From the NCBI GenBank assembly GCA_027604505.1, contig JADIIX010000001.1:434001-498000 (forward strand): a stretch of DNA of 64,000 nt, written 5' to 3'. Position 1 is the first letter of the stretch, and the number at the start of each line of letters is the position of its first letter. The notes beneath the pieces were generated by a model. That model worked only from the letters and a program-made list of their open reading frames with translations. It was not told the DNA's origin and did no database searches. This stretch comes from Gonapodya sp. JEL0774. Taxonomy: Eukaryota. A program made the position numbers and the translations under genes. This document shows, piece after piece, positions 55,791 through 64,000 of this stretch.

Positions 55791-57942
55791 ATGAATTTTC
55801 TCAGCCAACTGTTTGGCTCCGGCCCTCTTTCTACATTACCGGGACCAATTCCCACGAAGGTTACGGAAACTACTCTGAGAGAGGTCCTCAAGCTGAGGGC
55901 GGAGGGAAATGGTGGGTCGATCACAACGCGCACGAGAGCAAGCAGCGAGATCCATTGTCCGTTGGAGACGCGGTGGGCTTGGACAATAGAATGTAGGGAA
56001 ACGCTGAAATGTAGACCAAGTACAGGAGGCCCAAGAGGCCCAAGAGTCTGATGGAGTGGGTAAGACGTGAAGTGTCAACCTCGCATGAAGAAGTTGTCTG
56101 TCTGGTGTCCATATTCGCAATATCGTGCTCACTTCCGTTCGAAGCACGGAACATGCTTGACAGATCTTCTTTCTTCCACCCTGCGGTTGAATTCATGGCC
56201 CAATTTTACATTAGCCCACGTCTCCCGGTCCGAATACCAACAAGCCTCCGACATCTACTCCCGTGCGCTCGGTGTTCTCGTCTCTCCATCCTCGTCCCCG
56301 CTACCTTTCCCATCTCCTTCCAGCCCGACCACCGCGTCTCCAACTGCACCAGCTGTCACCCCCATACCCAAATCAGACGTACAGTACCTCGAAAATCCCG
56401 TTCACCTTTATGCAATACTTTTGGCAAATAGGAGCTTGGCGTATCGGAAGCAGAGAATGTGGGACGAGGCGGAGAGGGATGCAGAAGGGTGGTGAGCAGT
56501 TCTCAGTCGGGGATGTACCCGCCCGCACACAATAGACCGACCCGGCGCCTTTACCTAAGCCTCGAGTCTCAACCCACTTGGCCTAAATCCCACCTCCGTC
56601 TCGCCGAGGTCCTTCTCGACCGTCGCCGCTTCGCACCAGCATCCGACTCACTCGGACGGGCCGTGCAACTTGCAACACAACCGGGATCCAGGGAAACGCA
56701 AGCAACATTAGTGAAGCTGCTGGAGAGGAAGGGTTTTGCTGACGTTATGGCTGAAGGGGAGCGGGCAGGAGTGATTGTGTGGCAGGTGCGGCCAGGCAGG
56801 GATGGTTGGTTGATTTCCGACAAGGTCTCAGTTGGGACCAACCTGCGGATCAAGCACTAACTCCTTCCCACCGCATCCGAACTTGGCAGTTTGCCTTCCC
56901 ACCACCTTTAATCTCGTCCAAAACACCATAAACCAATTCGCGTGTTCCATGCAAAACTGTTGCTACATTGTAGCTGACGCACGCTCCAAGGAATCCGTCG
57001 TGGTGGATCCGTGTTGGGACGCAGACGGAATCGTTAAATGCGCCATGGAACAAGGATGGAAGGTGGTGGGGGTGGCGGTGACGCATGCGTGGGTTTGGAA
57101 GAATTTGACAGCAGATGGGTGGATGAGGTGATGTGTTGATGATACATTTTTGTTTGCTTTCGACCGATGTGTGGGCATGTAGGCATTTTGACCACGTGTG
57201 AGTATCCTTTGGGCAGGTCGTGGGGAGAGAGATTTTGTTCTCACAAGATGCACTTTGCTGGGGTTCAATTGATTGATTTTTATGTATTCACCACATCAAC
57301 AGAGGTGGTAAACCTCCACCTCCCTTTGACCGGTAGGTGGTCATTATGTGGTGAAAGCACCCATCGAAAACCACTCCGTGACTTCAATCTTCCACCAAAC
57401 CTTTATCCAACAGCTACCCCATCCAGGTATCGGGCCTTCACGCGGTCCTCCGCAAATTCCCACAAATAGCTTTCTACATGAACCCAAACGACACTCCTCT
57501 GCTCCTACAATCCAATCCCGACATTCCCCTCACCCGCCTCAAACCCACCGCAGACGACACAAAAATCACACTTCCTATCGCACCAACGCCATCCAATCCT
57601 GCTCACGTTGAAATGAAGTTCATCCATACGCCCGGCCACACTGCAGGCTCCCAGTGCATCTCCGTGTCTGCTCTGGATGATCCCACATTCCCCCCGCGCC
57701 TCCTGACGGGAGACACCCTTTTTATCGGATCGTGTGGCCGAACAGACATGCCCGAATCGGACATGCGGGAAATGCATGTGTCGCTCACTCAAAAGTTGGC
57801 ACGGTTGGGCGACAGATGTGTGGTGCTTCCTGGACACTCATATGGTGGGGAGTGGACGACCATTGGAAATGAAAAGAGAGGGGGCTTGTTGGAGGTGACT
57901 TGGACTCAATTTTGTGGGATGACTGGAGGGGGGCCCCAGTAG
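55791..57942 (+). CDS. TPR domain fused to a metallo-beta-lactamase-fold (glyoxalase II-like) hydrolase
   Basis: Three TPRs (LRAEGNAHVSRSEYQQASDIYSRAL; LLANRSLAYRKQRMWDEAERDAE; WPKSHLRLAEVL). Then MQNCCYIV..VVVDPCWD, spliced THAHFDHVGG, HTPGHTAGSQC, LTGDTLFIGSCGRTD and LPGHSYG. Confidence 0.85.
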
Positions 57943-58176
57943 TCATCATAGGTGGTCCGAGATGAGATTTATTGAAGATGACCCACGTAGAGCGCACCAC
58001 CCATTATTGAATTTGCTTCGTACTTTTGTATATCTCGGCACTGTCAATTTTCTTTGGGAATCAATTCATTTTGCAGTGTGGCATGCCCTCCCTTTAATCT
58101 TTTGGTGCAGGCTGTGGCCTTCCTAACACTGTGGGGGGGCGGATCAGAGGAGCCGACATCAACATCGAATCCGAAA

Positions 58177-59787
58177 ATGACTCGTGAAACTTACCCTGCG
58201 GTTACTCTGCGGTGCGTTTGATAGATTGCTCGTGTATTACTGCTCCTGGTATTCTGTTTTGGCGGTGGATCATCAGAAACCCGTCGCATCTCACAACTCG
58301 ATGGTAATATAGCGGCATCCGTGACCTCACGTTGGAGCAACTTGAGATTCCTACTCTTAAGGATGGAGAAGTTCTGGTACGAATGAAGGCATGTGGAATT
58401 TGCGGGAGGTGAGATTCCGGGGAAGACCGTTTCATCAGTTTTCGCAGCCAAACAACTTCTGTTGATCATTTTTCGATCTTCACCTACAGTGACTTGCACT
58501 TCTGGAAGGGGGAAATGGCAGTTACTTTTCCGTGCCCCATGGGTCAGTGAAAGCTGTCTCCTACCCCCCCAAGTTGATTCTAATTTCAACCCCGCTGAGA
58601 CTAGGCCACGAGGGAAGCGGTGTTGTCGAAGAGCTGGGACCGGGAGACATGAACGGTATTCAGATTGGCGACCGGGTGGCGGTGATGCCCTCCTCATTTC
58701 AACACATGACCCTTCTTGCAAGGTTTGTTGTATGGCAGAAGGTCGTGGTTTCATCAGGTTCCATATGAAACAGATCCATCGCACTTGGAAACTCAGGTAC
58801 TCGGTACAATACGCCAAATCCCTTTACAAGCTTCCTGATCATGTTTCGTTTGAGGAAGCGGCTTACGTCGAGCCCGTGGGTTGCGTCTTGTATTCAAGGA
58901 GGATTAGAAGGTTCTTCAGTCTAAAATCGACACTACGTCCATTCATCCCTTCGCAGCTCGCTGTTAGTTTGCACGCAGTCAAACGCGGTGGAATCTCCCC
59001 TGACGCTGCGGAACCGCAGTCGGTATTCATTATTGGAGCGGGCCCTATCGGTCAAAACGCAGTGTTGTGTGCAAAGGCACGTGGCGCTGGGTGGATCGGC
59101 GTTTTAGACATTAGACAGGACCGGCTTTATGCCGCAAAAAGTGTAAGTCGTCTCTCGCTAATCGCAGCCCCGTCTACATTTTTGAGGACTTACCGTGCTA
59201 TCCGGTCTCGCATCGCAACACTCCAGATTGGGGCTGATGCAACAGTCCAACCCGTGGTCGAAGCAGACAAGGAGAAGGAGAAGGCTGCCGCCCTTGTGCC
59301 CGGGCCGTCTGAATCTATTAAGGGTACAGTCGGTAGGGCCATGGCTCTTCTGCCTGCAGGAAAAGTGGTCGATGTGGTGGTGGACTGTGTGGGATCTTCT
59401 GATACTTTGAACGTGAGCTTTCGCAAGTTTCGCACGGGAAGGCTGGTGGTCATGACTCAGGAGAACTCGCTTTTTCATCCAACTTTTCCACGTTTTTAGA
59501 CTGCTATTGCGCTCGTGAAACCATTTGGTGTCGTTGTCAACGTTGGCATTGGTCACTTCCGCCCGACCGGGATCGATATGCTCACAATGGCCGTCAAGCA
59601 AGTCAGCCTTCAAGCTGTGTTCGCTTACCCAACAGAGTTCCCAGAAGCTCTCGAGTTGATTGCTAGTGGTGCGGTTGATGTAAAACCGTTGATCACTCAT
59701 TTACTCCCTTTGGAAGATTTTGAGAAGGGCTACAATGCAGCGTTAGAATCGAAGGAAGGCAGTGTTAAGGTTATGTTCAAGATTTAA
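58177..59787 (+). CDS. zinc-dependent medium-chain dehydrogenase (sorbitol/polyol dehydrogenase-like)
   Basis: Spliced ACGICGSDLH, GHEGSGVV, GDRVA, LPDHVSFEEAAYVEPLAVSLHA, Rossmann motif IGAGPIG, VDVVVDCVG, DVKPLITHLLPLE, VKVMFKI*. Confidence 0.92.
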
Positions 59788-59900
59788 ATGTGGAACACAT
59801 TTTAGAGGGCTGCTCGGCCTTTCCCGCACAAACTGATTGGTATTGGGTTGTGCTCGGTTCGGCATGGGTCATGCCGACACCGAGTCCTTCCAACCGTACA

Positions 59901-61804
59901 ATGTCGATCCTCCGCTGGAGCATCGGTGATATCCGTATCACCTCGATCCCCGAATCTGAATCCCTGTAAGATTCATCTGCGCCCAGAAACCCGAGGTGTT
60001 TCCGAATGAGTCTTTCAAAACTGATCACAAATTGACCTTGACTGCCTGGGAACATCTTCAGGACGTCACCTGTGTTTTTGTTCCCGAACATCAATAAGGC
60101 AAAGCTGCTTGAGATCGCCAACAAGCACCCATGGTTATACAATCACGATTTTGTGACGCGCAAGGGATTCATGACACAGAAAATCCAAGCGATCGTGGTT
60201 GATACAGGAAAAGACAAAATGTGAGATCTTCAGTGCTCCCTTTCACTTCCTTCGAGGGAGGGTTCTTGATCCTTGATGGTTTTGATGATGTTAGTGTCGT
60301 GGACACGTGCATAGGCAACGGTACGAGAAGAGCTTGGTTAATGAAACAAAAGCTCTCATTCAAATGAATTCATGCTTTTGCTGCCCCTCAAGACAAGAAA
60401 CGTCACAGTGCGTGCTCCTATATAATGTACTGAACTTACCACCTCTCACCCTACCGGTGTCCGCTAACTCAGACAAAGGCTGGAACAACCTTCAAACAGA
60501 CTTTTTGGACAAAATGGCAAATGCAGGGTACGGGCTGTGTTCTATCACCTACCGGTTTTCTCTGCTCTGAAATTGAAATCCCTCCCTTATCGTCAGATAC
60601 CCACCAAATGATATCACGCACGTCGTATGCACTCATCTTCATGTAGGTGAGTAACATTACGCTTTCGGATTTTCCTCTTCGTTGGGAAATCGCTTAGAAC
60701 CTGTTTCTCAAGACCATGTCGGTAGGTTTTATGCAATGGTTTGATTCCCAGGAAATAGGTGAAAGTGCATGATTTGGGTGGAGAACAGGGTGGAACACGA
60801 GACTCGTGAACGGGAAATGGGTCCCTACGTTTCCAAAGTAGGAGCCCTTTATTGACTTGGATTATATGAACACCGTAACTAACTATCACGACACAAAGCG
60901 CAAAGTACCTATTTGCAAAGACCGAATACGAACACTGGTATGCCTGGATTAAACCTTCAAGAGTTGGATCTGCATAACATGCACCATCCTTTCTATGTTG
61001 ACCAGGTCAGTCACCAAGTATAGCGACGGAGATGACATCTTCAACGACTCCGTGAAACCGATTCACGACGCGGGGCTGGCGCAGGTATGAGATGGTGCGA
61101 TATTTGTTTTCATTTTATGCACTAGTTTTGATTGTCGGTCTGCTCTTTGGACCACTCGAATTCAAGCTAGTACCTCTTGACTATAAGGTGACAGAAGGGG
61201 TTGAGTTCGAGGTGAGGATCTCTTTTATAATAGGATTACTTGTCACCATTTGCCCCGAGCCCAAGTACCCGAACTGGACTGCCGCCTGTTTGCGTCTAGC
61301 GGCCGGTTTTTTCATCCGAACAGGGATGGTCCATCGATTCCCTGAGGCGCTAGTCACTCTGGTCGTTCCTACTTGAACTTCTTCCTCGTGCTCACTAGCT
61401 CTGCCTTGAATATTTTCAAAGGCAACGACAGGCCACACGCCAGGCCACGTGAGCATTCGAATCACATCACAAGGCCAAAAAGCAGTCATCACTGGGGACA
61501 TGGTGCACGCGCCAGTCCAAATCGCGGAGCCTGATTACTCGTCGGGTTTCGACACCGACCCAGATGCAGCTCGTGCCACAAGATACGACTCCTTTAAGAG
61601 ATGGTCGGAGAGTGCAGCACTTGTCATCGGGACACACTTTGCAACACCTACAGCAGGCAAGTGTCGTGGAGTTTGTTGGAGTATCTAGAGTCTAATAGTG
61701 GGATTCATTTTTTGAACCGTCTCGTGCTTCCAGGGCTGCTAAGACCAGGCCCTGGAGGAGGTTATGTATTTGTTAGCGAGGATGTCAAGAAATCGAAATT
61801 GTAA
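59901..61804 (+). CDS. MBL-fold metallo-hydrolase (AHL-lactonase/YtnP-like superfamily), 13 exons, C-terminal SKL
   Basis: Hand-spliced: MSILRWSIGDIRITSIPESE..IVVDTCIGNDKKR..ITHVVCTHLHVDHVGWNTRLVNGKWVPTFPNAKYLF..FNDSVKPIHDAG..GHTPGHVSIRITSQGQKAVITGDMVHAPVQ..GTHFATPTAG..VKKSKL*. Confidence 0.88.
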
Positions 61805-61874
61805 TGGGTAAAATGCAGATCCGTTTACCCGCTGTCACGAGGGACGTGCAGCACTGTCTCCTGGCGATCACCCA

Positions 61875-64000
61875 ATGCGCAACAAACTTGCTCCTGTAGT
61901 CGTGCCCCCACCTTCTAAGTCATCTTCATCACCGGCGTCGCTCCACGCGGCATTTCTCGGCGGTGCTCTCGGACTTCTGGCCCTCAGTGTTGCAATTCCG
62001 ATCGCCCTGCTTTCGACCTCACGCTTTGATGCAGAACAACTCATATTCAACATAAATTCTGTAATCTCACGTTTCACCACTCAGCGCTCTCCTGTTCGGT
62101 CCTAATCACCTGCGCGTACTTTGCAGCATCTCATCCCGACTCTCACTCAGCTACGCGCTCTGATTCGCATAATATTGCACCCAGACGTTCTCTATTGGAC
62201 TGGGATTGGTCTAATCTTTGTTGTATTCTGGTCGTGCTATGGAGTTGCTGTAAGGCTCTCCTTTGTTGACAGTTTCACACTGTGTTGAGAACTGATATGA
62301 TCGTCTTCAATAGGTTGTTGTTCTTCCCTTCTCTCTTCTTGGGGCGGGAATTTTCGCATTTGCAATCCCAGCCATTATTCCTTTCTTCCTACCTGCCGAC
62401 CGAACAGGGGTCCGAGCGCTCATGCAAGGTCTGTGGTTGGTGAACTGAAGTGTTCCCTTCAACTCAATAACTTAAACCTTGCAAAGTAATTTGCACGTTT
62501 ACTGCCGCCCGTACTCTCAGCTTTTTTTTGGCTGACATTGAACAAGAATGGCAGGACATTGGTATCGCAGAGGGAATCATTACCACCAACAACAGCAACC
62601 CTAGCAACTCCTCTGAGAAAATCACTGCTTCCACCGCCTTGCGGAAACGGAAAAAATCTCTAGCGTCATCATCTGAACGCACTTCCACAGTGGCCAGAAA
62701 TGCAAAGGGCTCACAGGACCAGCAACTCGATGATCTCATAATAACGTACTCTCCCAAACAAACAAACTCCCGACCATTGACTTCCGGAAACACCAGATTC
62801 CAAATTGCTTCCTCACCCAAGATTCGTCGCGTGCTTCGCCTCATCCGTCGGTTATTTCTGCGTCCCTATCTCTGGCGACACCTGGAAGCACACTTTCCGG
62901 ATCACCGAATATCTATCGTTTCGCCTCGGGGATCACAACACAATATCAATTTGACGCCCAAGGTCCCGCGCCCAAGTCCACAGTCGTCTCTTCACAATTT
63001 GAGGACTGGAGTCGACCCACCTTACATCTCGACGTCCGTTGCATCGGCCCCTGTGCGAGGTCCCACTCGCGGCATGGGCCTTCCTTCACCAACATCGAGT
63101 CGTTTGTTTGCTGGAGAAACGAGCCTGCTTGCACATACTTTATCTTCGATGTCTGCTGTGGACGTGGAGGGACCTCCCTCCGCGCAACGGGGGAATTCCG
63201 ATACATGGTCTTTGTGGTCCGCAGACTCAGAGGAGGATTCAGATCGCGCCATCTATACTCTTCCTGGTACACGAGGTGGTCGGGGTGCTATGGAAGGGGA
63301 AAAAGAGGACATTGACCATGAAGATCGGTATGGTAACAATGTAACCAAGGGGGAGCAGGAAAGTACCAGACTCAACGGTGGAGGAGGGCACACTATTGCA
63401 AGTGGCAAAGCGAAAAATTTGAGCCCGGTAGATAAGCAGGAGAGGGAACTTGTACAGAGTTTGGACGAGATAGATGTCAATTGGGATTCGGTGGAGTGGC
63501 GGCTTCGACAGGTGAGAAGCTCTCCGCTCGAACGTCCTTATAATGGTTTTATCCGTTCGGTCCTCAGACCAAGCTGTGTGCTTTGCCTCACGTCGCGATC
63601 TAGATATACACGTACTTCAACCTGCGCCATGAGACCGTCCCCAGCCCCTACCCCACAGTCTACCTTACTCTCAGCAATAACTTCGCCTTCGTCACCGAAA
63701 TGATATTGGGAATAATGCTTGTCACCCTCTTTGCTGTGTCGCATGACTCAATACGACACGGACTGTGGCCATTCCTATCGAAGTTCTTGCCTTATCCGGT
63801 GGCCGTGGCGGCGTTCTACATGGTGAGATGGACACTTAACCAGGCGATGCTGCTCTCATCCTTTGCAGTATTGGATGGAGCGGCGGGCTTGGTGTGTATT
63901 GCGTCGAATAGGTGCGAGAATTGAGGCTCCTTCCTGTCATTCATTTGCACCAATAATTGTGGTTTGATGTTGTCGTATTTGATGTCCAACATAGACTTCC
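61875..64000 (+). CDS. hypothetical multi-pass membrane protein, probably continuing beyond the window
   Basis: Hydrophobic segments (AFLGGALGLLALSVAIPIALL; VVVLPFSLLGAGIFAFAIPAIIPFF; ILGIMLVTLFAV) around a long open exon (62528-~63510) with splice-like borders. No family recognised. Confidence 0.55.

Noticed and set aside
56028..56047. Short tandem repeat (aggcccaag x2) in the TPR-MBL first intron
   Set aside because: Only two short copies; trivial slippage.
58393..59499. 368-aa ORF as an independent protein
   Set aside because: It is a chance read-through of introns and exons of the MDR dehydrogenase; only parts are in the true frame.
61281..61312. GC hairpin followed by a T-run resembling a bacterial terminator
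   Set aside because: It lies inside a spliceosomal intron of a eukaryotic gene and the stem is only ~5 bp.
51542..61804. Bacterial contamination as the explanation for the bacterial-like genes
   Set aside because: All carry multiple phase-consistent spliceosomal introns and are interleaved with eukaryotic genes (HDAC, PPR).

Overview
Gene-dense, intron-rich eukaryotic genomic DNA with short GT-AG introns, mostly ~50-100 nt. The ORF track is therefore mostly exon fragments and antisense noise, and I assembled gene models by hand from splice sites and reading frames. Fungal-type genes (HAL-like kinase, ILV6, Pcl-like cyclin, GT90, hybrid histidine kinase) sit next to axonemal genes (WDR63/DNAI3, IQUB). 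This points to a zoosporic early-diverging fungus (chytrid/monoblepharid-like; inference). About 22 protein genes in order: PH-RhoGAP, Ser/Thr kinase, DNAI3, PMR1, cullin (CUL2-like), ARM-SPRY, GRIPAP1/CCDC186-like coiled coil, PDI, ankyrin-NUDT12, ILV6, GT90, cyclin, an orphan, IQUB, CHASE hybrid HK, HOS2/HDAC3, a CBS-pair protein, a PPR protein, a TPR-MBL fusion, an MDR dehydrogenase, an MBL lactonase-like hydrolase and a partial membrane protein. Highlights: (1) an intronic double-guide box C/D snoRNA in ILV6; (2) a CHASE-domain hybrid histidine kinase with a degenerate ATP-binding domain; (3) a bacterial-looking CBS-pair gene built from micro-exons that the ORF track misses; (4) a bacterial-looking MBL hydrolase whose SKL terminus depends on a GC-AG intron; (5) a carboxylate-clamp TPR-MBL fusion. 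No tRNA, rRNA, CRISPR array or transposon was recognised. Family assignments come from motif recall, not database searches.
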